A DNA stretch of 64,000 nucleotides from Microgenomates group bacterium (lineage in GTDB: Bacteria > Patescibacteriota > Microgenomatia > PFEM01 > JBNASD01). The number at the start of each line of letters is the position of its first letter. The first letter of the stretch is position 1. Location of the stretch: contig JBNASD010000002.1 of the NCBI GenBank assembly GCA_049720225.1, positions 1,622-65,621 on the forward strand. Direction: 5' to 3'. Below, piece by piece: positions 55,126 through 64,000 of the stretch. The notes under the pieces were generated by a model that worked only from the letters and a program-made list of their open reading frames with translations, was not told where the DNA came from and searched no databases. The position numbers and the translations under genes were made by a program.

Positions 55126-56904
55126 ATGGTGGATGAAATCGAGGAAATTAAAAGAAAAATTGATATTGTCGAGTTTATTTCTCGGTATGTTCCTTTAAAA
55201 AAAGCGGGAAGAAATTTTAAAGCTTTATGCCCTTTTCATAGCGAAAAAACTCCTTCTTTTTTTGTTTCTCCCGAAAGACAGATTTGGCATTGTTTTGGCG
55301 CTTGTAATGAAGGGGGAGATATTTTTAAGTTTTTAATGAAGATAGAAAATATTGAATTTGGGGAAGCGTTAAAAGAACTAGCTTCCCAAGCGGGAGTAAG
55401 ATTAACTCGTTATCAACCGACTCCTAGAGAAAAGGAAAAACAGATTTTGTATGAAATTAATCATTTAGCGGCTGAATTTTATCACTATCTTTTGCTAAAC
55501 CACCCAATTGGAAAAAAAGCTTTAGATTATATTTTTAGTCGGGGAATAAAAAAAGAATCAATAGAAAAATTTAAAATTGGTTATGCTCCTAATGCTTGGG
55601 AGGAATTACAAAAGTTTTTAGTGCGAAAGAAAGGTTATCAAATTAAAGATTTAGAGAAAGCAGGGTTGATTATTCCTAGTTTAAGAGGGAGGGGTTATTA
55701 TGATCGTTTTCGGGGACGAATAATTTTTCCTCTCCGTGATCATCGAGGAAATATTTGTGGTTTTTCTGGTCGAGTTTTGCTTCCTGAAGTAAAGGAAGCA
55801 AAGTATATCAATACGCCAGAAACTTTAATTTACCATAAATCAGAGCTTCTTTATGGTTTTTTTGAAAACAAAGAAGAAATTAAAAAAGTAGATGAAATAA
55901 TTTTGGTTGAAGGAGAATTTGATATGATTTCTTCTTGGCAGGTAGGGGTAAGAAATGTGGTGGCTATAAAAGGCTCTGCTTTAACCCAACGACAGATAGA
56001 GCTTATTTCTCGTTTGACTAAAAATTTAACTTTTGCTTTAGATTCTGATATTGCCGGTGATCAAGCGGCTCGAAGAGGAATTGAAGTTGCGGAAAATTTT
56101 GGGATGATGATGAGGGTGGTAGAGATAAAAGGAGGGAAAGATCCTGATGAAGTCGCCCAAAAAAATCCTTTGCTTTGGCAGAAACTAGTAAAGAATGCGG
56201 TAGGAATTTATGATTACTTTATCGATTCTGCCTTAAAACGTTTTGATCCGAATAAAGTAGAGGGGAAAAGAAAAATTGGAGAAGAATTAGTGCCTTTATT
56301 GGCCAAAATTAGCGATAAAATTGTTCAGAATCATTATATAAAAATTCTAGCTGAGAAATTAAAGGTAGGCGAAGAAGCTATTTTTTTACAAATAGAAAAA
56401 ATAATTAAAAACAATTTTCAGAAAGAAGAAAATCAAAAAGTTTTTTTCTCTTCAACCAATAGACGAGAAATTTTAGAAGAATATCTTTTGGCCTTGGCTT
56501 TTCAGTCAGGAAAATGGGCTAAGTTGGTAAAAAGAAAGGTGGTTAAATTAATTAAAACACCGCGATTTTTAAGAATCATAGAAGCATTAATTGATTATCT
56601 TAAAAAATATAAAAAATTAAATTCGGAAAAATTGGCTTCCTTTTTGCCCCCAGAACTTCAAGAAACCTTTAATCGTCTTTATTTAATTCAATTGGGAGAG
56701 GTAGTGGAAGATGATCAGCATTGGGAGAAAGAATTTACCAAAACTTTAAAAGAATTAGAAAAAACAGAAATTAAAGAGAGAATGAACTTTTTAGCAGAAG
56801 AAATTAAACGATTAGAAAAAGAAGGGGAGGAAGAAAAAGCAGAGAAACTGAGTCAGCAATTAAGCGAATTAGGGAATAAATTAGCTTCTTTAGAAGAAAA
56901 ATAG
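55126..56904 (+). CDS. dnaG: DNA primase
   Basis: CPFHSEKTPSF...HCFGAC Zn finger, DRFRGRIIFP, KYINTPET, VEGEFD, DSDIAG, KDPDE. Confidence 0.98.
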   Translation: MVDEIEEIKRKIDIVEFISRYVPLKKAGRNFKALCPFHSEKTPSFFVSPERQIWHCFGACNEGGDIFKFLMKIENIEFGEALKELASQAGVRLTRYQPTPREKEKQILYEINHLAAEFYHYLLLNHPIGKKALDYIFSRGIKKESIEKFKIGYAPNAWEELQKFLVRKKGYQIKDLEKAGLIIPSLRGRGYYDRFRGRIIFPLRDHRGNICGFSGRVLLPEVKEAKYINTPETLIYHKSELLYGFFENKEEIKKVDEIILVEGEFDMISSWQVGVRNVVAIKGSALTQRQIELISRLTKNLTFALDSDIAGDQAARRGIEVAENFGMMMRVVEIKGGKDPDEVAQKNPLLWQKLVKNAVGIYDYFIDSALKRFDPNKVEGKRKIGEELVPLLAKISDKIVQNHYIKILAEKLKVGEEAIFLQIEKIIKNNFQKEENQKVFFSSTNRREILEEYLLALAFQSGKWAKLVKRKVVKLIKTPRFLRIIEALIDYLKKYKKLNSEKLASFLPPELQETFNRLYLIQLGEVVEDDQHWEKEFTKTLKELEKTEIKERMNFLAEEIKRLEKEGEEEKAEKLSQQLSELGNKLASLEEK

Positions 56905-56924
56905 TAAAATAAGATGATAAGAAA

Positions 56925-58016
56925 ATGGGCTATAAGTTTTCCAAAGAAGTTCAAAAATTGATTGAGAAAGGAAAAAAACAGGGTTTTTTAACCCAAGATG
57001 AGGTATTGGAAGTTTTTCCCAACGCGGAGGAGAGACTAGAGGAGTTAGATAATTTTTATGATGTTTTATTTAAAGAGCAAGTAGACGTTTTTGATTCAAT
57101 TACCGAGAAAGAAATCTTGGAAGATGAAAAAGCAACGGCGGATTTAGAAAAAGAATTACGAATGCTAGTGGCTTTAGAAAGTAAAGTTTCTTCAACCGAT
57201 CCGGTGAGAATGTATCTTAAAGAAATTGGTAAAACTCCTTTATTAACCGCCGAAGAAGAAATAGAACTGGCAAAAAGAATAGAAAAAGGCGATGTTAAGG
57301 CTAAAAATAAATTGATAAAGTCTAATTTAAGACTCGTTGTTTCCATTGCTAAAAGATATATTGGTCGGGGATTAACCTTTTTGGATTTAATTCAGGAGGG
57401 AAATCAAGGTTTGATGCGGGCGGTAGAAAAATATGATTGGCGAAGGGGTTATAAATTTTCTACCTACGCGACTTGGTGGATAAGACAAGCAATTACTCGG
57501 GCAATTGCGGACCAAGCAAGAACAATTAGAATTCCCGTTCATATGGTGGAAACCATTAATCGTCTATATCGAGTTTCTCGAAAACTAACTCAAGAATTAG
57601 ATCGGGAACCAACTCCAAAAGAAATTGCCCAAGAAATGGGAATGAGCGAAGAAAAAGTGAGAGAAATTTTAAAGATTTCGCAAACGACTACTTCCTTAGA
57701 AAAACCAGTAGGAGACGAAGGTGATTCTTTATTGGGAGATTTTATTCAGGACACGACCAATCCTAGTCCTTATGACAGCGCTTCAAAACAGCTTTTAAAA
57801 GAAACATTAAGGGAAGTTTTAGATACGCTTTCTGAAAGAGAAGCAAAGGTTTTAAAAATGCGGTTTGGTTTAGATGGTTATAAACCGATGACTTTGGAAG
57901 AAGTGGGAAGGGAGTTTGGAGTAACCAGAGAAAGAATTCGCCAAATTGAGGTTAAAGCCTTAAGAAAGTTAAAGCATCCTTCAAGAAGGAAAAAGTTACA
58001 AGATTATTTAGAGTGA
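56925..58016 (+). CDS. rpoD: Primary sigma factor RpoD/SigA
   Basis: [58 protein letters not shown]. Confidence 0.99.
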   Translation: MGYKFSKEVQKLIEKGKKQGFLTQDEVLEVFPNAEERLEELDNFYDVLFKEQVDVFDSITEKEILEDEKATADLEKELRMLVALESKVSSTDPVRMYLKEIGKTPLLTAEEEIELAKRIEKGDVKAKNKLIKSNLRLVVSIAKRYIGRGLTFLDLIQEGNQGLMRAVEKYDWRRGYKFSTYATWWIRQAITRAIADQARTIRIPVHMVETINRLYRVSRKLTQELDREPTPKEIAQEMGMSEEKVREILKISQTTTSLEKPVGDEGDSLLGDFIQDTTNPSPYDSASKQLLKETLREVLDTLSEREAKVLKMRFGLDGYKPMTLEEVGREFGVTRERIRQIEVKALRKLKHPSRRKKLQDYLE

Positions 58017-58342
58017 AATTTAAAAATATGAATCCAGAAAGAAAAGAACCTTATCAGTCACCAAAAAGGATGCCTTTTCCTGGAGATGTTTTTTATCAAC
58101 CTTTAGATCCTTTTGATTATGCGTGCAAAAGGGTTATAAAAGAAGAAATAGAAAAATTATTAGAAGGTTTAACTCAACGTCAAAGAGAGGTAATTGTAGA
58201 GAGATTTGGATTAGGAGGAGAGGAACAAAGAAGTTTAAGGGAAATAGGAAATAAGTTAGGTTTAACTCCTGAAAGAGTTAGGCAAATTGAAAAAGATGCT
58301 TTAGAAAAATTAAGAAATAGAAGAAATAAAATTCCTTATTAA
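58013..58342 (+). CDS. Stand-alone sigma70 region-4 domain protein
   Basis: [15 protein letters not shown]...[26 protein letters not shown]; GTG overlaps the rpoD stop (alternative ATG at 58028). Confidence 0.82.
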   Translation: MKFKNMNPERKEPYQSPKRMPFPGDVFYQPLDPFDYACKRVIKEEIEKLLEGLTQRQREVIVERFGLGGEEQRSLREIGNKLGLTPERVRQIEKDALEKLRNRRNKIPY

Positions 58343-58407
58343 GTAAAGAAAATTTAGAAAATAAGGTTGAGGAAAAAAGAAACCTTTGTTAAAATAATTA
58401 AACCAAT

Positions 58408-58479
58408 TCCGGCGTGGCGCAACGGTAGCGCGAGGACCTGTTAAGTCCGAGGTTGGAGGTTCGAATCCTCCCGCCGGAG
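58408..58479 (+). tRNA. tRNA-Asn(GTT)
   Basis: TCCGGCG/CGCCGGA, GGAC-CTGTTAA-GTCC, GGAGG-TTCGAAT-CCTCC. Confidence 0.94.
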
Positions 58480-58491
58480 CAAAGAGTTTTT

Positions 58492-58965
58492 TTACTTCAA
58501 ATACCTTTTATACTTCCCAAAACAAAGTCTTGGTCCAAAACCTAAAGGATGAAGTTTTTTAATTGAAGTGATTAAAACTTTATTTTTATCAGAGTCTGAA
58601 ATTAATATTTCTATATCTTCTTTGGTTAATTCTGAAAACTCCCAAAGAAGTTGTCGACAAATTCCACAAGGACCTGAATGAATTTTTACTTTAAAATAAT
58701 CGCTTTTGGCAATAATAGCAAGTTTTTTAATATGATATTCTCCTTCGGTTACCATTTGAGAAATTGCTGATCTTTCTGCGCAGATTCCTCCATAAGCGCA
58801 GGTATTGATATTTACTCCTTTATAAATATTTCCTTTTTTAGTTAATAAAGCACACCCAACATAAAATTGAGAATAAGGATCATAGGCATTTTTTAATACT
58901 TCTTCTGCTTCATTAATTAATTTTTGATCTTGGACTGAAAGTTTATTAAATTGAATTTTTTTCAT
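58492..58965 (-). CDS. Cytidine deaminase family (tetrameric, three-Cys Zn site)
   Basis: AYDPYSQFYVG, ICAERSAI, PCGICRQ. Confidence 0.88.
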   Translation of the reverse strand: MKKIQFNKLSVQDQKLINEAEEVLKNAYDPYSQFYVGCALLTKKGNIYKGVNINTCAYGGICAERSAISQMVTEGEYHIKKLAIIAKSDYFKVKIHSGPCGICRQLLWEFSELTKEDIEILISDSDKNKVLITSIKKLHPLGFGPRLCFGKYKRYLK

Positions 58966-58967
58966 AT

Positions 58968-60362
58968 TTAAAATTCCCTTCTAATTGGTCTTCTTTTTCT
59001 TTGAGATTTGGAAGGAAAATTTTCAACGATTGAAAAATATATATTAATCTCTGGCCCAAAAACAATTCCTAGTAATTGACGCAAGTGGTTAAAAGATTTT
59101 TCTCTTTTTTCTAAATCTCTAAGTAAATTTTCTTCTTTCAAAGTTACTTTAAAACTTGTGGGTGATGTTTGTACTATTTCAAACTCTTGAATATTAATTC
59201 CAATATCAAACATCCAGCGATAACTTATATCTAAAATAGTTCCAGCTGGAATAATTAAGCCATCACTTCGCAAGAAAGCATCATTTTGTCGACCTTCTAC
59301 TTTTTCAATTTGCCTCCAACTTATACTACATGGCTCTTGTTCTTCAATAGTTACTAGATCTCCCTGAACATATTTAATAAAAGGCATTGCAGAGTTTAGT
59401 AAATTTGTTCCCACTACTAAACCAGTACCTTTTTTAATAGGTTTCATTGTTTCTGGAGTAACAACATCTACCCTCACTGTGTCTTCGCAAAGATGATAAT
59501 GACCACAGGGAAGTTCAAGCGCTATTCTAGTTAATTCTTCTGAACTATATTCATCTAATACAGGAATACCACCTAATTTTTCCATTAGATCTCTTCTTTC
59601 TTCTTTAGAAGACATTTCTGAATGGACAACAACTAGTTTTAATCGCTCTTTTGCTTCATCCGATAAAAAAGGAAATATTGACTGGAGATTGGTTGGATAA
59701 AGCGATAATATTTCTGGTTTAACTTCTTTCAAAATTTCTGCTATTTCTTGAGGATTAATTAAACTACTTATAAATATAGATTGATAATCGCCATTACTTA
59801 TTGAATCAACCCACCAAGGCACAGTATAAACATGTGCTATTGTCCAATCTTTATTGTAAACCCCCCCACTTTGCAACCAAAATTGGCGCACACCTTGAAA
59901 AGTGTCTGTAATAATTGCTTCTGGATTAACATATATTCTTAATGTTTTTCCAGATGAACCGCTTGATCTTGTTGGAAATAAATCATCAATTCTACAATCT
60001 GGATTTACACATCTATGTGGAAAAGCATCAATTAGCTCATCTTTTGTTATTACTGGTAAACGATGATAATCATCCCAACTTCTAAGATCGCTTGGCTCAA
60101 AACCTTCCTTTTGATATTTTTCTCTATAAACAGGAATTTTCTCATAAGCTAGAGTTACAAGATTTTTAATTCTTTCAAATTGTCTTCTTTCAATTTCTTC
60201 AAAAGACAAAAAAGGTGCTTCGTATAAAGCTCTTAAATATTCAGGATTATAGGAGAGTGATAAAGCTTGTCTAAACTCTGGAGAAGTTTTGTGCATCGAG
60301 GGTAATCTTTCTGTTTCCCAATACTCAACTACTTTTTGTGATTTTTGGACTTTTTCTTTCAT
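58968..60362 (-). CDS. PaaK/CapK-like adenylate-forming (ANL) ligase
   Basis: LPVITKDEL, RSSGSSG P-loop, DEYSSEE, MPFIKYVQGD, VEGRQND; probable ATG at 60362. Confidence 0.85.
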   Translation of the reverse strand: MKEKVQKSQKVVEYWETERLPSMHKTSPEFRQALSLSYNPEYLRALYEAPFLSFEEIERRQFERIKNLVTLAYEKIPVYREKYQKEGFEPSDLRSWDDYHRLPVITKDELIDAFPHRCVNPDCRIDDLFPTRSSGSSGKTLRIYVNPEAIITDTFQGVRQFWLQSGGVYNKDWTIAHVYTVPWWVDSISNGDYQSIFISSLINPQEIAEILKEVKPEILSLYPTNLQSIFPFLSDEAKERLKLVVVHSEMSSKEERRDLMEKLGGIPVLDEYSSEELTRIALELPCGHYHLCEDTVRVDVVTPETMKPIKKGTGLVVGTNLLNSAMPFIKYVQGDLVTIEEQEPCSISWRQIEKVEGRQNDAFLRSDGLIIPAGTILDISYRWMFDIGINIQEFEIVQTSPTSFKVTLKEENLLRDLEKREKSFNHLRQLLGIVFGPEINIYFSIVENFPSKSQRKRRPIRREF

Positions 60363-60666
60363 TTCTATCAATTATTATATCATACGTTTTTACGGTTTTA
60401 TTATTATTAAGCTATTTTTAACTCAAAAAAGTTTTTCAACATAATTAAATCAATTTCAAATTCAACTTTTCTTTTCAAGAATAAGTCTTTTAATGGGAGC
60501 ATAAATCAAGAGAATTAAATTTTCACTTCTTACTTAAATATTTAAATTAAGAAACTTCAAAATCATTTTTTTAATTTGGAATTTTTAAAAATCAAATTTA
60601 TTTATTTCCTCTCTTGACAAAAAAAGACAATTATTCATAATTTTATAATTGATTTATTTTTTCAAA

Positions 60667-61593
60667 ATGCTAATTCAAAAAATTTCTCCGCATTTAAAGA
60701 AATTGGCTAAAAATTGTCCGGAGATTGAAAAGGAATTTTATCGCTCTGAAGAAGAAGAATTATTTAAAGAAAAAGATTTTCTTGACCCTCTTTTAGAAGA
60801 AAAATTTACTCCTGTTAAAGGATTAATTCATAAATATTCAAATCGGGTGCTAATTTTACTTACCATGAAATGTGCTTCTTATTGTCGATTTTGTACCCGA
60901 AGAAGAACGGTTTCAGAAATTAAAAAGGGAAAAATTTCTCCTAAAGATTTAGAAGAAATGATAAATTATGTTAAGTCTCATTCGGAAATTAAAGAAATAA
61001 TTTTAAGCGGAGGAGATCCTTTTATGGTTCCCCAAACTTTAAGGTTGGCTTTAAAAAAATTTTCTTCTTTACCACAAATTAAAGTTATAAGGATCGGAAC
61101 GCGGGTACCTGTTTCTAATCCGCGGTTAGTAACCGATGATCTTTTAAATACTTTTTCCAAAATTAAGCAACCACTCTATGTAATGATTCACTTTGAGCAT
61201 CCCAACGAGATTACTTCTTTAACAATTAAGGCAATAGAAAAATTAAGGAAAGCGGGAGCAATTCTTTTTTCCCAAACGGTGTTTCTTAAAGGAGTAAATG
61301 ATAAGGTAGAAATTTTAGAAGAATTATTTACTCGGTTGATTGAGATTGGAGTTAAGCCTTATTATATTTTCCATTGTGATCCGGTGGTTGGCACAAAGCA
61401 TTTTTGGGTAAAGATAGAAAAAGAAATAGAGATTATGACAGAGTTAAGAAAACGACTTTCCGGATTAGCTTATCCTTTATACGTGATTGATGTTCCCCAC
61501 GGATTTGGCAAAATCCCCGTTCCTCTTAAATTTTGGGAATTTAGTTTAACCCATTATAAAGATTTTGAAGGAAAGGAACAAAAAATAATTTAA
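60667..61593 (+). CDS. KamA-family radical SAM aminomutase (lysine 2,3-aminomutase/EpmB-like)
   Basis: HKYSNRVL, CASYCRFCTRRR, LSGGDP, RIGTR, QTVFLKGVND, PYYIFHCD, GKIP (PLP Lys). Confidence 0.9.
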   Translation: MLIQKISPHLKKLAKNCPEIEKEFYRSEEEELFKEKDFLDPLLEEKFTPVKGLIHKYSNRVLILLTMKCASYCRFCTRRRTVSEIKKGKISPKDLEEMINYVKSHSEIKEIILSGGDPFMVPQTLRLALKKFSSLPQIKVIRIGTRVPVSNPRLVTDDLLNTFSKIKQPLYVMIHFEHPNEITSLTIKAIEKLRKAGAILFSQTVFLKGVNDKVEILEELFTRLIEIGVKPYYIFHCDPVVGTKHFWVKIEKEIEIMTELRKRLSGLAYPLYVIDVPHGFGKIPVPLKFWEFSLTHYKDFEGKEQKII

Positions 61594-61652
61594 ATATTCT
61601 TTTTTATTTCTGAGAAAAATTTTTTCAAAATATAATAAAAGGGGGAATTAAT

Positions 61653-64000
61653 TTAAAGATAGAACTTTTTAAAGAATAATCGCTTTCCTATTTCTGTAAG
61701 AATAAAATAAGCAATAAGAATAAAAATAATCCATAACCATAGCCAAAATGGTAAATTAACAAAATCAAAAAGCTTTTCTCCTAAAGCCAATAACGGAAGA
61801 ATAATTACCATTCCTCCTGAAAAAAGACTGGCCAAAATTAAAATTTTACTGGGACTGCTTTTATAAAACGGAAGTTTAGTTCTGATAACAAAAGTAATTA
61901 ACATTTCCGAGAGAGAAGATTCAATAAACCAGGCAGTTCTTAAAATTTCCGCCGGTAATTTCCAAAAAAAGACAATAGGAAGAATAACCAATAAATCAAA
62001 AATTGAACTTATTAAACCAAAATAAAGCATAAAATTATTAATCATTTTAATATTCCAACGTTTTGGTTTTTTGGTAAATTGAGGATCAACTTTGTCAGTA
62101 GTAATCGCGCATAAGGGAATATCAGTAAGAAAATTAATTAAAAGAATTTGTTTAGGAAGGAGGGGAATGAATTTTAAAAATAAAGACGCCAGGGCAACGG
62201 TAGTCATATTGCCAAAATTAGCGCTAATGGTATTCATGATGTATTTCATAATATTTCCGAAAGTTTTTCTTCCGGCTTTAATTCCCAACGCGAGAATTCC
62301 TAAATCTTTTTCAAGAAGAATAATATCAGCCGCTTCTTTAGCGACAGGAGCACCGGTATCAACAGCAATTCCCACATCCGCTGCCTTTAAGGCAGGAGCA
62401 TCATTAATGCCATCACCAAGGAAACCTACTACATGACCTTTTTTGTTTAAGAAAGCAACAATTTGGTATTTTTGTTCTGGAGTAAGACGAGCAAAAAAAT
62501 CATATTTCCAGGCAGCTTCTTCTAATTTTTCTTTGTTTAAAATTTTAAAATTTTCGCCAGAAAAAATTTTATTTTCATCAACTTTAAAACCAACCTGATT
62601 AGCAATGCTTTTAGTAACTACCAAACTATCTCCGCTTAAAATTTTAATTTTTATTCCCAACTCTTGGAGTAATTTAATTGATTTTTTAATATTAGGTTTG
62701 AGAGGATCACTAAAAAGTAAAAAGCCAACTAACGATAAATTTTTTTCATCTTCTTTGGTTGAGGTTTTTTTATCAAGTTGAGTTTCTCCTACAGCAATTA
62801 CCCGAAAACCTTTTTCTTCATAATTTTTTACATTTTTTAAAAAAAATTCCTTCTTTTCAGAGGAAAGATTAGTAATTGACAAAATAGATTCAGGAGAGCC
62901 CTTAACGATAAGGAAGTTTTTTTGTTTGTAATTTACCAAAACACTCATTCTTCGTCGTTTAAAATCAAATTCATTTTCGTCAAGGGGTTGATATTCACTA
63001 AGCTTATTTTTTAAAGTTTTTACTTTATCGCTTTTCCAAAGAGCTTGATCGATGGGATTGGTAGAAAAAGAATTTTGGCCATAAATAAAGTTTTTAGTAC
63101 AAACTAAAGCTTTCACTAAAACTTGATTATCATTTACCCCATTAAGATTAAGATATTTAATAAGAGAAAGCACTCCTTTTGTAAGAGTTCCTGTTTTGTC
63201 GAAACAAAGAGTATCAATATTTCCTAAATCCTCTACGGAGATTAATCGTTTGACTACAACTTTTTTACGGGCCATTTTTAAAGCTCCTTGAGAGAGGGTA
63301 ATAGTGATGATTACCGGGAGAAGTTCAGGAGTAATTCCTACTCCCAAAGCAATGGCAAAAAGAAAAGAATCAATTATTCCTTTTCCAAACCAAGAATTAA
63401 CTAGAAAAACTAAAATAGTCATTATTAAAAAAACTCGAAAAATGAATGAGCTAAACTTACGAATTTCTTTTTGAAATTCTGTTTCTAAATCATTTTTTTC
63501 AAGATAAAAAGTAGTTTTTCCCAAAAAAGTGTAATTTCCGGTAGCGGTAACGACGCCGATTCCGTATCCTCCAGTGATGTGAGTTCCCATAAAAACCATA
63601 TTGGTGATTTTTGCAGGATGATCTGAATTTTCTTTAATTGGTTGAGTAGTCTTATTTACCGGAAAAGACTCTCCGGTTAAAGAAGATTCGTTTGCCAACA
63701 ATTCATCAACTTGAATAAGACGAATATCGGCGGGAACTAAATCGCCAATTTGAAGTTTGACAATATCGCCAATCACTAAATTTTTACTTTCTATCTCTTG
63801 CCATTTTCCCTCTCTTTTAACCATTACTTTATGAGAGATTAATTTTTTAAGTTTTTGGGAGATTTTTTCTGCTTTATATTCTTGGAAAAAGCCCAAAAAA
63901 GCACTTCCCATTATAATGAAAAGAATAATTACCGAATTAAAATGTTCTCCTAAAAGAAAAAGAATTAATGTGGTAAACACTAAAATTAACATAAACCAAT
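61653..64000 (-). CDS. mgtA: Magnesium-translocating P-type ATPase (partial; N-terminus beyond the window)
   Basis: TGES, ITPELLP, DKTGTLT, FDFKRRRMS, KGSPE, GDGINDAPAL, SANFGN. Confidence 0.88.
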   Translation of the reverse strand, partial: WFMLILVFTTLILFLLGEHFNSVIILFIIMGSAFLGFFQEYKAEKISQKLKKLISHKVMVKREGKWQEIESKNLVIGDIVKLQIGDLVPADIRLIQVDELLANESSLTGESFPVNKTTQPIKENSDHPAKITNMVFMGTHITGGYGIGVVTATGNYTFLGKTTFYLEKNDLETEFQKEIRKFSSFIFRVFLIMTILVFLVNSWFGKGIIDSFLFAIALGVGITPELLPVIITITLSQGALKMARKKVVVKRLISVEDLGNIDTLCFDKTGTLTKGVLSLIKYLNLNGVNDNQVLVKALVCTKNFIYGQNSFSTNPIDQALWKSDKVKTLKNKLSEYQPLDENEFDFKRRRMSVLVNYKQKNFLIVKGSPESILSITNLSSEKKEFFLKNVKNYEEKGFRVIAVGETQLDKKTSTKEDEKNLSLVGFLLFSDPLKPNIKKSIKLLQELGIKIKILSGDSLVVTKSIANQVGFKVDENKIFSGENFKILNKEKLEEAAWKYDFFARLTPEQKYQIVAFLNKKGHVVGFLGDGINDAPALKAADVGIAVDTGAPVAKEAADIILLEKDLGILALGIKAGRKTFGNIMKYIMNTISANFGNMTTVALASLFLKFIPLLPKQILLINFLTDIPLCAITTDKVDPQFTKKPKRWNIKMINNFMLYFGLISSIFDLLVILPIVFFWKLPAEILRTAWFIESSLSEMLITFVIRTKLPFYKSSPSKILILASLFSGGMVIILPLLALGEKLFDFVNLPFWLWLWIIFILIAYFILTEIGKRLFFKKFYL

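Noticed and set aside
58408-60648. att-site duplication of the tRNA-Asn 3' end bounding an island
   Set aside because: No second copy of the tRNA 3' sequence was found by eye in 60372-60648 or after kamA.

Overview
AT-rich, gene-dense window of a bacterial chromosome using the standard code (TGA serves as stop). It spans the replication origin: rpmH-rnpA-yidD-yidC-jag | dnaA-oriC-dnaN. Gene content points to a Patescibacteria/CPR genome, probably a Microgenomates-type lineage (inference). Supporting content includes archaeal-type TpiA, a short PGK, DUF4012, coiled-coil SpoIID and PEGA-SH3 proteins, many VirB2-like pilins and tRNA-Arg(GCG). Housekeeping genes include gap/pgk/tpiA, iscS/iscU, groES/groEL, tgt, smpB-ssrA-comF, dnaG-rpoD, eight tRNAs and the polyprenyl genes idsA-like/uppS/uppP. 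The dominant non-housekeeping element is a ~20 kb monoderm-type T4SS-like locus right next to dnaN. It has PrgI, a split VirB4, a VirB6-like protein, CHAP and lysozyme-like wall hydrolases, nine VirB2-like pilins (two with Cys-rich or defensin-like domains) and one opposite-strand candidate effector. No relaxase, coupling protein or integrase is visible in the window. Other notable signals are a stand-alone sigma region-4 paralogue coupled to rpoD, a deaminase/adenylate-ligase/KamA trio after tRNA-Asn, 7-bp periodic repeats in both spacers and genes, widespread leaderless promoter architecture and a tmRNA with a non-canonical T-arm. All calls come from reading motifs by eye; no searches were run.
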